Shown here: one piece after another, positions 48,469-58,887 of the stretch
Layout of the letters: every line of letters starts with the position of its first letter
Position numbering within the stretch: the first letter of the stretch is position 1
Assembly (NCBI RefSeq): GCF_002067275.1
Contig: NZ_MVQX01000048.1
Coordinates: 29,748-93,747 of the forward strand
Reading direction: 5' to 3'
DNA: 64,000 bases
DNA from: Methanomethylovorans sp. PtaU1.Bin093
GTDB taxonomy: Archaea > Halobacteriota > Methanosarcinia > Methanosarcinales > Methanosarcinaceae
Notes under the pieces: generated by a model
Databases searched by the model: none
Told to the model about the DNA's origin: nothing
What the model saw: only the letters and a program-made list of their open reading frames with translations
Position numbers and translations under genes: made by a program

Positions 48469-49032
48469 CTAAAATGGTATTCCCCACAAGGGATACCATT
48501 TCTCTACGTCCTTTTGTATGGGCAGTTCTCTTTCCATCAGGGACTTTAGCCTGAATTCCGTGGCATTGTCCCTATCTTTGTTCCCTTTCGGTACGAAGGG
48601 ATAAAAATTATCCTGCTTGAAATTATATATCCAGTATACGGTGCTGTTTCCCTGGAACTTATAGATGGCACATAGCAACTGTTCACCGAAACCATGCTCT
48701 ATCATCGTCTGGCTCACAAGATGTATGTTAGTGACAATGTCCTCAAAATCAGGGTCTTCCAGGATGGCCCATAAAAAGTTGTATTCATCCTTTTTGAGCC
48801 TGTACGATGTTCCGGTTTCCTGACAACTGTATCTTAAGAGATCCTCTATCTCTGTGCGGGCTGTTTCGTAGTGGGATGATTCAATAGGCTTGAAACATAT
48901 TCCTGCCACAGTGGAGGGCTTAATGCCCAGATTTGTTTCAAGGGTGATGCTTGCCGTGGAAATGGCAAACAATCTGTCAGTTTTTGCTTTTGGGAGCTTG
49001 CTCCTTCCAAGTATCGTGTCAAGAAATCCCAT
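48469..49032 (-). CDS. PspA-associated protein PspAB
   Basis: MGFLD.ILGR, GFG.QLLC, FYPFVP...RDN..E and W.PLWG.P motifs. Confidence 0.8.
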   Translation of the reverse strand: MGFLDTILGRSKLPKAKTDRLFAISTASITLETNLGIKPSTVAGICFKPIESSHYETARTEIEDLLRYSCQETGTSYRLKKDEYNFLWAILEDPDFEDIVTNIHLVSQTMIEHGFGEQLLCAIYKFQGNSTVYWIYNFKQDNFYPFVPKGNKDRDNATEFRLKSLMERELPIQKDVEKWYPLWGIPF

Positions 49033-49913
49033 CAGAACTCCAGCTCCCTTTCTAATTTCTCAAGTGCTGCTAAGCGCTTTTCTGTGGAAGGGTGTGTGGA
49101 TAGGAGCTGCATGATGGAAGAGCCGGATATTGCAGGGATGATGAAAAAGGCGTTCATGCCTTCAACTTTCCTTAAGTCCTCAGATGGCACTCTCTGCATG
49201 GTACCGCTTATCTTCATAAGAGCGGATGCGAGCTTTGATGGCTTCCCGGTTATAATTGCAGCACCCCTGTCCGCAGAGAATTCCCTGTACCTTGAAAGGG
49301 CGCGTATGAGAAGGAAGCTTATCACCCACACGATCAAGGAAACTATCCACACTACTATAAGTCCTCCATTTCCTTCTCGCCTGTTGCCGCCTCCACCAAA
49401 GTACAGGGCGTATCTTACGATGAAGAAAGCAACAGTGGATAGGAAGCTGGCTATGGTCAGTACGGTCATGTCCCTGTTCTTTATGTGGGTCAGTTCATGT
49501 CCCAGCACAGCTTCAAGCTCTTCACGGTCAAGGCTTCGCATAAGTCCTGTAGTAACAGCAACAACTGCGTTCTTTTTGTTCCTGCCGGTAGCAAAAGCGT
49601 TAGGCATCATAGTATTCATGATAGCTATTCTCGGCACCGGGATATCTGCGATCGCACACAGCCTTGTGATGATCTCGTGCAGTTCAGGCTCCTCGCTTGC
49701 AGATACAATTCTGGCTCCCGATGTCCACAATACCATCTTGTCAGAATAGTAGTACTGTACGAACATCATTACTCCTGCGAACAGGAGTATGAACATGGAA
49801 TCTGCCCCACTAGCAGCCAGGAATACCAGGAAGAGCAGATACACAGCTCCCAGCAAGAACATGGTAAAGAGCATCCTGCTCTCCAATCCTATATCATGTT
49901 TCCATTTTCTCAT
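49032..49913 (-). CDS. htpX: Zinc metalloprotease HtpX
   Basis: PNAFATGR, HELTH, SRYREF.AD and STHP motifs. Confidence 0.94.
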   Translation of the reverse strand: MRKWKHDIGLESRMLFTMFLLGAVYLLFLVFLAASGADSMFILLFAGVMMFVQYYYSDKMVLWTSGARIVSASEEPELHEIITRLCAIADIPVPRIAIMNTMMPNAFATGRNKKNAVVAVTTGLMRSLDREELEAVLGHELTHIKNRDMTVLTIASFLSTVAFFIVRYALYFGGGGNRREGNGGLIVVWIVSLIVWVISFLLIRALSRYREFSADRGAAIITGKPSKLASALMKISGTMQRVPSEDLRKVEGMNAFFIIPAISGSSIMQLLSTHPSTEKRLAALEKLERELEF

Positions 49914-49974
49914 GGAATATACCTCTTTGGAATCATGTGTGATTCAATCTCTTGGATGTTGTCATCTGCATATA

Positions 49975-51288
49975 TCAACTGCGCTTATATTCCCTGCACA
50001 TGTCCACAAAAGCCTTTACAGGGAAGCTCACAGGATGGGCGTGCTGGTAACATGCCAGAGAATTGTGCTCCACAATGCCATCCCATCCGTCTTTAATTCC
50101 TTTGCCGCGTTTCATCTCAAATGTAAGCCGGGCATCATTGTCGCAATAGGTAGCCGAATAATGGAACTCATGTCCCCGCACTGGTCCTTTTATGAACGCT
50201 CCGTGTGCATAGCCTTCAGTATATCCCAGGGCCTGGAGCTTCTTTGTAAGCACTGTACGTGCCGGGAAGAGGTCAGCCATCTTATAGGTAATGTCATCGA
50301 TCTCATATGAGGTGGAAAGATACTGCAATCCTCCGCATTCCCCGTATATGGGCATCCCATCTGCTGAAAGGTCCTTTAAGGCTTTAGTAGTTGCAGAAGC
50401 TTCAAGTTCGCAAGGATAGAGTTCAGGATAACCTCCGCCAAAGTACATGCCGTCTACATCTGGTAATTCTCCTGCCATGGGACTGAAGAACACAACTTCC
50501 GCACCGTTTCTCCTGAACTCATCGAACATGTCAGCATAATAGAAGCAGAATGCTTTATCCATAGCCACTCCTATTTTCAGATCCGTTTCTGGTATTTCTT
50601 TTTCCTCGTAGGCATACGTATTAGGTTCCCTGGACAGCCCTATAATGGCATCCAGATCCACATTCTCTTCTATGAACCCTGCAAGCTCACTGGTATCGAA
50701 CTCACATTCAAAGGCCATGTGTAGTCCCAGATGCCGGGAAGGCACGCTTATATCCTTGTTACGCGGAAGTGCTCCCACAATGGGTATGTCAGGAATGCAA
50801 TCCCGGATCATTTTTGCATGTCTTGGACTTCCTACCTTGTTCAGGATCACACCAGCAACTTCCACGCCCGGATCAAACTCTGCATAACCTTTTACAATAG
50901 CTGCGGCACTACGTGACATCCCATGCACGTTTACCACCAGGATCACGGGTACATCAAGGGATTTAGCTACATGTGCAGAACTGGCAACCTCAGTGGAATC
51001 CATGCCGTCAAAAAGTCCCATCACACCTTCGATGACCGAGATATCTGAACCGCCGGAAGTACGGGCAACTTCCCTTTTAACACCTTCCACTTCCATCATG
51101 AAGGTATCCAGGTTACGGGATGCTCTTTTACAGATAGCTGTATGGTAGGATGGGTCGATATAGTCCGGGCCGACCTTATAGGGCTGGACCTGCATGCCTC
51201 TTTTGACCAGTGCAGCCATTAGTCCCATAGAGGCCGTGGTTTTTCCAACACCGCTGTTCGTTCCCGCTATCAGTACCGCTTTTGTCAT
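49975..51288 (-). CDS. cbiA: Cobyrinate a,c-diamide synthase (CbiA/CobB family)
   Basis: SGVGKTT, KVGPDYIDP, EGVMGLFDG, SRHLGL, GGYPE, ECGG and GHEFHYS motifs. Confidence 0.85.
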   Translation of the reverse strand: MTKAVLIAGTNSGVGKTTASMGLMAALVKRGMQVQPYKVGPDYIDPSYHTAICKRASRNLDTFMMEVEGVKREVARTSGGSDISVIEGVMGLFDGMDSTEVASSAHVAKSLDVPVILVVNVHGMSRSAAAIVKGYAEFDPGVEVAGVILNKVGSPRHAKMIRDCIPDIPIVGALPRNKDISVPSRHLGLHMAFECEFDTSELAGFIEENVDLDAIIGLSREPNTYAYEEKEIPETDLKIGVAMDKAFCFYYADMFDEFRRNGAEVVFFSPMAGELPDVDGMYFGGGYPELYPCELEASATTKALKDLSADGMPIYGECGGLQYLSTSYEIDDITYKMADLFPARTVLTKKLQALGYTEGYAHGAFIKGPVRGHEFHYSATYCDNDARLTFEMKRGKGIKDGWDGIVEHNSLACYQHAHPVSFPVKAFVDMCREYKRS

Positions 51289-51371
51289 GTGTTTTACTGT
51301 GTATGTAACGTATATATATCATTATGTCCGTTTAAAACGCTCAAAGGCTTTTAAAAGGGATATATGCATTT

Positions 51372-52298
51372 ATGAACGCTCCACACAAAACGGAATTCCT
51401 CACGGACTCTTATGGGCGTACCATAAAGAGCCTGAGGATGTCTGTTACTGACAGATGCAATCTGAACTGTATCTATTGCCATAACGAAGGTAGTACAGGC
51501 ACTACAGGGGAGATGTCAGTGGAGACTATTTCCAATATAGTACACGTTGCTGCTGATTTTGGGGTCAACAGGCTCAAAATATCAGGTGGAGAGCCACTGT
51601 TGCGTAAAGATCTGGAGGACATACTTGTTTCATTACCTCCTCTTAAGGATGTGTCTATGACGACAAATGGTGTTCTGCTCCAGGAGCGTGCACTATCTCT
51701 GAAGAATGCAGGTCTTGACAGGGTGAACATAAGTCTCGATTCATTGAATGAGGGCAGCTATAGGCATATAACCAAGTGTAAGGATGGTGTGTTCAGGAAG
51801 GTTATAGGGGGCATCCATGCTGCAGTGGATGTCGGTCTTACGCCAGTGAAACTGAACATGGTCCTGCTTAAAGATGTCAATGAATCTGAGGTCGAGGCTA
51901 TGCTTTCCTTTGTAAGGGGATTCCAAGGGGAAGTGATATTGCAGCTTATCCAGCTTATGGATTTCAGGGATGTGGCCTGTTACCATGCAGATGTGGACGA
52001 GATCGAAAAAGAACTTGAACTGAAGGCAGGATGTGTCCAGGTAAGAGAATTGCATCACAGAAAAAAATATCTTATCGATGGTGCTGAAGTTGAATTCGTC
52101 AGACCCGTGGATAACACCGAGTTCTGTGCCAACTGCAACAGGCTGCGTGTAACGTCGGATGGAAAACTTCGTCCTTGCCTGCTTGTAAATGATGGTCTTG
52201 TGGATGTATCTCATGCCTCTGTGAAGGAGATGCCCGATCTTTTCAGGCTTGCCATAAGTAGAAGGATCCCATATTACAGAAAACAAAAGGAGATATGA
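51372..52298 (+). CDS. moaA: GTP 3',8-cyclase MoaA
   Basis: Radical SAM CNLNCIYC, GGEPL and C-terminal FC.NCNRLR.T.DG...PCL. Confidence 0.94.
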   Translation: MNAPHKTEFLTDSYGRTIKSLRMSVTDRCNLNCIYCHNEGSTGTTGEMSVETISNIVHVAADFGVNRLKISGGEPLLRKDLEDILVSLPPLKDVSMTTNGVLLQERALSLKNAGLDRVNISLDSLNEGSYRHITKCKDGVFRKVIGGIHAAVDVGLTPVKLNMVLLKDVNESEVEAMLSFVRGFQGEVILQLIQLMDFRDVACYHADVDEIEKELELKAGCVQVRELHHRKKYLIDGAEVEFVRPVDNTEFCANCNRLRVTSDGKLRPCLLVNDGLVDVSHASVKEMPDLFRLAISRRIPYYRKQKEI

Positions 52299-52300
52299 TC

Positions 52301-52450
52301 ATGGAAGTGAAATTAACAGTTGATGGAAAGGATATAGAGATCAATAACTTTGTACAGAAGATCCTTGCAGGTGCCGTGACCGGTGCAGTCGGCACATTGA
52401 AAGATGTGGGGGACGACTGTAATGAGATAGTGTTGAAAATAAAAAGATAG
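52301..52450 (+). CDS. Small protein (49 aa) resembling the C-terminal domain of archaeal MobB-like proteins
   Basis: MEVKLTVDGKDIEINNFVQKILAGAVTGAVGTLKDVGDDCNEIVLKIKR*; AGGAG SD; abuts moaA; below the ORF-track cutoff. Confidence 0.7.
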   Translation: MEVKLTVDGKDIEINNFVQKILAGAVTGAVGTLKDVGDDCNEIVLKIKR

Positions 52451-52456
52451 GCCTGC

Positions 52457-53242
52457 TCAGAGCAGGTGTTCTATTTCTGAAAAGTCAATGGGTGAAGTGG
52501 AATCCAGGGATATGGGAGTTACAGACACATGTCCTTTCTGCGAAACGGCATGTACATCGGTACCTTTTTCCTCTTCCATTATCAGATCTCCTGCTATCCA
52601 ATAATAGGGCTTGCCTCTGGGGTCATGTCTTTCTTCCACAGCTGTTCTGAATACCTTTCTGGCAAGTCGCGTAATCTCTATTTCAGTATTATCTTCTACC
52701 TGATGAGGGATGTTTACATTTAGCATGTCTACATGCTCAGGCAATCCGAATTTTATTACATTTTTTGCTATTCTGTTCACGATCTTTACTGCTACTTCAA
52801 AATCGTGGTCATATTCCCAGTTATCATCGAATTTATCCTTTTCTTCCTTCGCCTGTATCGAAACCGCAATTGCAGGTATCCCATAACTGGCTCCCTCAAG
52901 GGCAGCACCTATAGTTCCGGATGTGGTGATCGTATCGGTGCTGATGTTCTCGCCAATATTGAATCCTGATAAAATGAGATCGGGCATTTCTTTCATCACA
53001 GCGAATATTCCAAGTATTACTGCATCAGTGGGGGTCCCGCCAACGGCATACACATTCATCTCATTGATCGTGGCCTGATTTATCCTCAAAGGCTCAAAAA
53101 TGGAGATCGATCTTCCCACTCCACTCTGCTGCATGGAAGGTGCACATACAGTCACTTCTCCTATATCCTGTACACTTCGGTATGCTGCGCGGATACCTGC
53201 AGAGTATACACCATCATCGTTCGTAAGCAATATCTTTGGCAT
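52457..53242 (-). CDS. surE: 5'/3'-nucleotidase SurE
   Basis: ILLTNDDG, QSGVG, GTPTD, SG.N.GEN and SGT motifs. Confidence 0.95.
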   Translation of the reverse strand: MPKILLTNDDGVYSAGIRAAYRSVQDIGEVTVCAPSMQQSGVGRSISIFEPLRINQATINEMNVYAVGGTPTDAVILGIFAVMKEMPDLILSGFNIGENISTDTITTSGTIGAALEGASYGIPAIAVSIQAKEEKDKFDDNWEYDHDFEVAVKIVNRIAKNVIKFGLPEHVDMLNVNIPHQVEDNTEIEITRLARKVFRTAVEERHDPRGKPYYWIAGDLIMEEEKGTDVHAVSQKGHVSVTPISLDSTSPIDFSEIEHLL

Positions 53243-53334
53243 AGGTCCATCTTTGTCAGACCTTGCCTTAAAATTAATCCATGGGAACTGGCAAAAACAG
53301 TTTGCTTTAGTAAAAGGTGTTCAGATCATGCGCT

Positions 53335-53751
53335 TCACACATTTACATACATTCTTCGATGTCCTCTTTCAGGTTCCTGGTCCTCTTCCTTTTCCTGCAT
53401 CTGGGCCATCATTTTTACTTCTTCAAGAACTTCTATCTCATCACGCATCTCTTCCAGCCTGCCGATGATGGCTTCTATTTCCTGGTTTTGTTCAGTGGGG
53501 ATCTTTGGGTTATTACTTATGATCTCCAGCAGCAGTGATGCATCGTCAAGCACCTGGGCAATAATGGTCCTGTCCATATATTCTTTAGCTTTCCTGTTCT
53601 CCCCATATGTCAGGCTCCCATTGAACTCACTTAGCTGCTCTTCAAAAAGCCCAATATCATAGTGTGCAGACTTAAAAAGTTTTTTGACGTAGTCTTCCCG
53701 ATAAACCTGTTTGGCGTTTTTAAGTACACGGGTAAATTTTCTATAATCCAT
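53335..53751 (-). CDS. Hypothetical helical protein
   Basis: 138-aa charged helical ORF. Confidence 0.6.
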   Translation of the reverse strand: MDYRKFTRVLKNAKQVYREDYVKKLFKSAHYDIGLFEEQLSEFNGSLTYGENRKAKEYMDRTIIAQVLDDASLLLEIISNNPKIPTEQNQEIEAIIGRLEEMRDEIEVLEEVKMMAQMQEKEEDQEPERGHRRMYVNV

Positions 53752-53841
53752 TTTTTCACATCGCAGATCAGAAGGTATTTGCAGTGATGTGTCAACATCA
53801 TTTGCCAATGCGATTTATTCATTGGCTTTTTATGAGTACCT

Positions 53842-54117
53842 TTATTCAGACCAGTCTTCTTCCATGACGGTTTTAGTTCTTATGGGTTCTATGCTCTTTG
53901 GTGTGCATACGGTTTCAACGAACTGTCCACCGTTGACCTGATAGGAGAAATCCACTTCAGAACCATAATTCTCTTCTTCATCTGGAATAATGCAGTCACA
54001 CAGGTAGATATGTAAACTTCCGTCGCCATCCATAAATACGGAAGGTCTTACGCCGGCATTGTCATATTCTTCAACTATCCCTCTAAAAACCAGTGACATG
54101 TATCTCTTTGCTTCCAT
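53842..54117 (-). CDS. Small acidic hypothetical protein
   Basis: 91-aa ORF, co-directional with the next hypothetical gene. Confidence 0.55.
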   Translation of the reverse strand: MEAKRYMSLVFRGIVEEYDNAGVRPSVFMDGDGSLHIYLCDCIIPDEEENYGSEVDFSYQVNGGQFVETVCTPKSIEPIRTKTVMEEDWSE

Positions 54118-54365
54118 CGGCCATCACTACACTGAGATACATGTGTTCACGCATTTAAGTATGATGGCCTTATTTTGCATATTATGTTCATGATTCTCTC
54201 TTATATGTTCAAAAATAAGCTACTGATCACTATTTTTGCAGTGGTCCGACTTGTTTCACATACGATCTTTCAGTCCTACATATAGATATCCATAAGAAAT
54301 GTTTTTAAGCCTTGAAAGATAGGTGATATGGTAAAAACGCGTTTCAATTATCAGATGGTATTATT

Positions 54366-57140
54366 ATGCTTGAAGATGAATATCAGCTTGATTTTTTCAA
54401 GGATAACGGTTTTGTCAGGAAACAGTGTCCTAAATGTGGCAAGTTCTTCTGGACCCGGGACCTTGAAAGGGCCACATGTGGTGATGCACCTTGTGACCCT
54501 TATTCTTTTATAGGCAACCCTGTGTTCAAAAAGAGTTTCGATCTGGCAGAAATGAGGGAATATTACCTGAATTTCTTTGAGGAAAGAGATCATACCAGAA
54601 TGAGCAGATATCCTGTGGTGGCTCGCTGGAGGGATGATATATACCTTACAATCGCATCTATTGCTGATTTCCAGCCATTCGTTACATCCGGTGAGGTTGC
54701 TCCTCCATATAATCCTCTTACTATATCTCAGCCATGTATCAGGCTTTCTGATCTGGATGCGGTAGGCAGGAGTGGCCGTCATCTTACAACCTTCGAGATG
54801 ATGGCTCATCATGCATTCAACAAGCCGAATGCTGAAATATATTGGAAGGACAGGACAGTGGGACTTTGTGATGAACTGTTGAATTCTCTGGGAGTGGACC
54901 CCATGGCAGTTACTTATAAGGAAGAGCCGTGGGCAGGAGGTGGAAATGCTGGCCCATGTGTGGAAACTCTTGTAGGCGGGCTGGAAGTTGCCACCCTTGT
55001 GTTCATGGATCTGGAACAGGTAAAAGATGGTCCCATCGAAATAAAAGGTGAGATGTACCGCAAGATGGACAATTATATTGTGGACACAGGCTATGGTCTT
55101 GAACGTTTCGTCTGGGCCTCTAAAGGCTCTCCCACTATCTATGATGCTGTTTTCCCCAATATCGTAAAAGAACTCATGAACCTCGCTGGTATAGAACATG
55201 AGCTTGAGAACCCTGAATATGCCAATATACTTGCCCAGAATGCAAGGCTTGCAGGGCTTATGGATGTAAGTGAAAAAGCAAACCTGATGGAACTACGCAG
55301 GCAAGTGGCTTCCAGTATAGGGACCACGGCTGAAAAGCTTGCAGCCATAATGGAACCCGTGGAAACCGTATATGCTATCACTGACCACAGCAGATGCCTT
55401 ACTTTTATGCTTGGCGATGGTATAATCCCTTCCAATGTAAAGGCAGGGTACCTGGCTAGACTGGTGCTTAGAAGAACACTTCGTATGATGAAGGATCTCA
55501 ATATTGCTATCCCTCTCAGTGAGATCGTGCAAATGCATATCAAGAACCTGCCGGAATATCCGGAATTCGCTGAAAGGTTCGAGGTGATAGAAGATATCCT
55601 TCATCATGAGGAGATCAAGTTCCAGGAAACCTTGGAGCGTGGCAGGAGAATGATCAGTAAGTCTGCCAAGCACTACAGGCAGACCGGGGAGAAAATGCCT
55701 CTGGAGAAGATCATCGAGATGTATGATACCCATGGCATCCCACCTGAAATATCAAAAGATGTCGCTTCAGAAGAAGGTGTCACAGTAGACCTTCCGGATA
55801 ATTTCTATTCCCTTGTGGCAGGAAGACATAGCAAGGCAGAGGAGAAAGAAGAAAAGGTATTCCCTTATGCTGAACGCATCTCCCGTCTTCCTCCTACCAA
55901 GAAGTTATTCTATGATGAACCCAACAGGATGGATTTCGAGGCTGTTGTCCTTGATCTTTTCGACAATTATATTGTATGTGACAGCACTCTTTTCTATCCT
56001 GAGGGCGGTGGGCAGCCTGCAGATCACGGTACCTTTGTACTTGAAGATGTGGTGCTGAACGTAGTTGATGTCCAGATCGTAAAAGGTGTGGTAGTTCACC
56101 GGATAGACGCTATGGAGAATGAACTGCATCTGCGCAAGGGTGATTTTGTGACAGGCCATGTTAATAAGGATCGCCGCATGGCGCATGCATGCCATCACAC
56201 AGCCACCCATATCGTCAACGATGCTGCGAGAAAGGTACTTGGTGATCATATCTGGCAGGCAGGTGCCCAGAAAACAGAAACCAGGGCCCGTCTTGATATT
56301 ACACACTACAAGCGTATCACAAAAGAACAGCTTAACCAGATCGAGCTTCTTGCAAATAAGACTGTCATGGATAACCAGAGGGTTACTGCCGAATGGATGG
56401 AACGGAACCAGGCTGAACAAAAGTATGGCTTCGGCCTTTATCAGGGAGGTGTTCCCAAAGGGAATATGATCCGCGTGCTGAAAGTAGCTGATGATATAGA
56501 AGCATGTGCAGGTACCCATTGTAGTAACACTGGTCTTGTAGGGCCCATTAAAGTACTGAAGACAGAGCGCATCCAGGATGGTGTGGAACGTATTGAGTAT
56601 GCTGCAGGTATGGCAGCTGTGAGGGCCATTCAGGAAACGGATTATTATCTGACGACCGCCTCTGAAGCCCTACGGGTGCTTCCGGAGCAGCTTCCTGTGA
56701 CTATCGACCGTTTCTTCAGCGAATGGAAAGAGTTCAAAAAAGAGAATGAAAGGCTAAAGGAAGAGATGGCCCAGTTGCGTGTGGTAAAGATGCTCGGTCA
56801 GGCCCAGGATGTTAGTGGTTTGAGGCTTGTTGCACAGCATGTGGATCACGCTGATACCGATGAACTGGTCAAGATAGCCGGTGAGCTAACTCAGGATGAT
56901 GACGTTATGGTTCTCCTCATCAGTGATTTCGAGGGCGTTAAGATCGTTGCAGCCGCGGGTAAAAGAGCCATTGCAAAAGGAGCAGACTCCGGCAAGGTTG
57001 TACGTGAAATGTCCAGGATAGTAGGAGGCGGTGGCGGAGGGAGGCCGGACATGGCTCGCGGTGGCGGTACTGACTTCGCAAAAGCCGGCGATGCCATGGA
57101 AAAAGGCATCTCTATGGTAAAGGATTCTCTCAAAGTTTAA
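54366..57140 (+). CDS. alaS: Alanine--tRNA ligase (archaeal type)
   Basis: N-terminal Zn ribbon, HLTTFEMMAHH, VDTGYGLER, HHTATH and CAGTH editing motifs, GGGGG C-Ala domain. Confidence 0.97.
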   Translation: MLEDEYQLDFFKDNGFVRKQCPKCGKFFWTRDLERATCGDAPCDPYSFIGNPVFKKSFDLAEMREYYLNFFEERDHTRMSRYPVVARWRDDIYLTIASIADFQPFVTSGEVAPPYNPLTISQPCIRLSDLDAVGRSGRHLTTFEMMAHHAFNKPNAEIYWKDRTVGLCDELLNSLGVDPMAVTYKEEPWAGGGNAGPCVETLVGGLEVATLVFMDLEQVKDGPIEIKGEMYRKMDNYIVDTGYGLERFVWASKGSPTIYDAVFPNIVKELMNLAGIEHELENPEYANILAQNARLAGLMDVSEKANLMELRRQVASSIGTTAEKLAAIMEPVETVYAITDHSRCLTFMLGDGIIPSNVKAGYLARLVLRRTLRMMKDLNIAIPLSEIVQMHIKNLPEYPEFAERFEVIEDILHHEEIKFQETLERGRRMISKSAKHYRQTGEKMPLEKIIEMYDTHGIPPEISKDVASEEGVTVDLPDNFYSLVAGRHSKAEEKEEKVFPYAERISRLPPTKKLFYDEPNRMDFEAVVLDLFDNYIVCDSTLFYPEGGGQPADHGTFVLEDVVLNVVDVQIVKGVVVHRIDAMENELHLRKGDFVTGHVNKDRRMAHACHHTATHIVNDAARKVLGDHIWQAGAQKTETRARLDITHYKRITKEQLNQIELLANKTVMDNQRVTAEWMERNQAEQKYGFGLYQGGVPKGNMIRVLKVADDIEACAGTHCSNTGLVGPIKVLKTERIQDGVERIEYAAGMAAVRAIQETDYYLTTASEALRVLPEQLPVTIDRFFSEWKEFKKENERLKEEMAQLRVVKMLGQAQDVSGLRLVAQHVDHADTDELVKIAGELTQDDDVMVLLISDFEGVKIVAAAGKRAIAKGADSGKVVREMSRIVGGGGGGRPDMARGGGTDFAKAGDAMEKGISMVKDSLKV

Positions 57141-57211
57141 AATTGGAACTCTTACACGGTGATAGGTTTCTTCTATCACCTTTTTTCTGCAGAAGTCTCA
57201 TGTCGGTAATG

Positions 57212-58660
57212 TTACACGGTTTTTCTGGTAAACCCATGTAAGGTAAAGAAAAAAGTGCTTCCTTTGTTCTTCTCGCTCTCCACCCAGATCTTCCCTCCAT
57301 GATGTTCAATGATACGCTTGGCAACGGTGAGGCCAAGACCATTTCCTCCATATCTTCTCCTACTGCTGGCATCTCTCTGGTAGAAGTGATCAAATACTCT
57401 TTCCAGGTCTTCAGGTGCTATTCCTATACCGCTATCCATCACCTTTACAGTTATGAGCTCTTCAGAAGATGCTGCTTCTATGATCACATCCTCTCCAGGA
57501 TGATTGAATTTAATTGCATTGTCCAGAAGCTTGGTCATCGCATAACAAAGTTTATCCGGGTCAGCTTTTACACACGTTCCACGTTTGATCATATTCTTGA
57601 TCTCGATGTCAGCTTCCCGGGCCTTTGATATCACTTTCTCTACAGCTTTCTCCACAACATCGTGTAAATGTACGCAATCATATACTCTCGATTTAATGTC
57701 TTCTTCATTCATAGCGACTTCTAAAAGGTCTTCTATCATCCATTCTTGTCTTTTTAAGGCCTCCAGGGATTTCTGAAGGTATTTGTTACGCTTTTCTCTG
57801 TTCTCCTCTTCTGATGCTATTTCTATGAACCCTTTTACTATGGTCAAAGGTGTGCGCAGTTCATGTGATATATTAGAAACGATGTTGTTTTTTATCTCAT
57901 CAATTTTTTGTACCTCTGGGGTATTTTTTATCACACAAACAAGTTTTTTCTTAGAATAGAGTTCCACATGTCCATATCTTATTGAAACATGCTTCATAGT
58001 TCCCGTTTTTAAGAGCAGGTTGGTATCTAACTGTTTATTTTCACAATTTTGTGTATTATTCTGTCCCATCTGGAACAAGCAATCTTCATGTGAAGAGAAA
58101 AAAGTGTTCATATGCCTTCCAACTATCTCATCTTCCATAAATCCGGAAAGATCCACAAAACTTTCGTTCACGTATTCTATCTTACCTAGGTCATCGGTTA
58201 CAAAAATGGCATCGTGGGTTGCAATTGTTATTAAGTTCAGATAGTTTCGGGGTTCAAATACCTTTCTGGATTTTTTCTCTATCTCGCTAACGAGTTTTTG
58301 CATATATGTTCCAAATTGGACGCAAGTAACCGAAACCCCACTTGCTATGCTGTTCTCCACATCAAAGAGGTAATTGATATTACCTTCATCTAGCTCATGA
58401 GACCCTTTTTTTAGCACCTTGGTCTGTGGAAGGGAAAATATGATCATGGTGGATGCCATCAATGAAACAGCAATTATCACAGGAGTCGTGAGGGCTAAAG
58501 ATTCTTTCGTTTGCATTTCAGTGAAATACTTTTGGATGGTATAAGAGACAGCAACTAGAATTCCCATTAAAAAAGTTACACTGACCAGTACCAATAACCG
58601 CTTTCCCAATATCAATGCACATAATTCGGAAGATGCCAACCTACAATTCTTGCCGAACAT
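57212..58660 (-). CDS. Membrane PAS-domain sensor histidine kinase
   Basis: Two TM segments, PAS, H-box SHELRTPL, N-box LLDNAIKF, DSGIGI, F-box and GNGLGL. Confidence 0.92.
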   Translation of the reverse strand: MFGKNCRLASSELCALILGKRLLVLVSVTFLMGILVAVSYTIQKYFTEMQTKESLALTTPVIIAVSLMASTMIIFSLPQTKVLKKGSHELDEGNINYLFDVENSIASGVSVTCVQFGTYMQKLVSEIEKKSRKVFEPRNYLNLITIATHDAIFVTDDLGKIEYVNESFVDLSGFMEDEIVGRHMNTFFSSHEDCLFQMGQNNTQNCENKQLDTNLLLKTGTMKHVSIRYGHVELYSKKKLVCVIKNTPEVQKIDEIKNNIVSNISHELRTPLTIVKGFIEIASEEENREKRNKYLQKSLEALKRQEWMIEDLLEVAMNEEDIKSRVYDCVHLHDVVEKAVEKVISKAREADIEIKNMIKRGTCVKADPDKLCYAMTKLLDNAIKFNHPGEDVIIEAASSEELITVKVMDSGIGIAPEDLERVFDHFYQRDASSRRRYGGNGLGLTVAKRIIEHHGGKIWVESEKNKGSTFFFTLHGFTRKTV

Positions 58661-58887
58661 TTATGATACGCAATTCACTACTTATTAGAATCAGGGTCCA
58701 TACAGGATCGCTGATCATATCTTCAATATTGTTTTGCCCGAAATCCCAGCATTCACTGGAAAGTATACTTCTTATTGTATTCATAGTTTATATTTTTAAT
58801 GCTTTTATTATATTGTGTAATAGAGCAGGATACCAAAGTTTAATATGAGAACGAAACAAATATTTACTATTATTAGACAAGGTTAAT

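Noticed and set aside
49084-50310. Three overlapping plus-strand ORFs of 173-221 aa
   Set aside because: Antisense to htpX and cbiA; no independent coding signal.
49975-51288. Calling this gene cfbB (coenzyme F430 amidase)
   Set aside because: No other cfb genes are adjacent; cbiA is preferred, although only a phylogeny can separate the paralogs.
54351-55199. 282-aa minus-strand ORF and other long ORFs inside alaS
   Set aside because: Antisense shadows of the conserved alaS frame.
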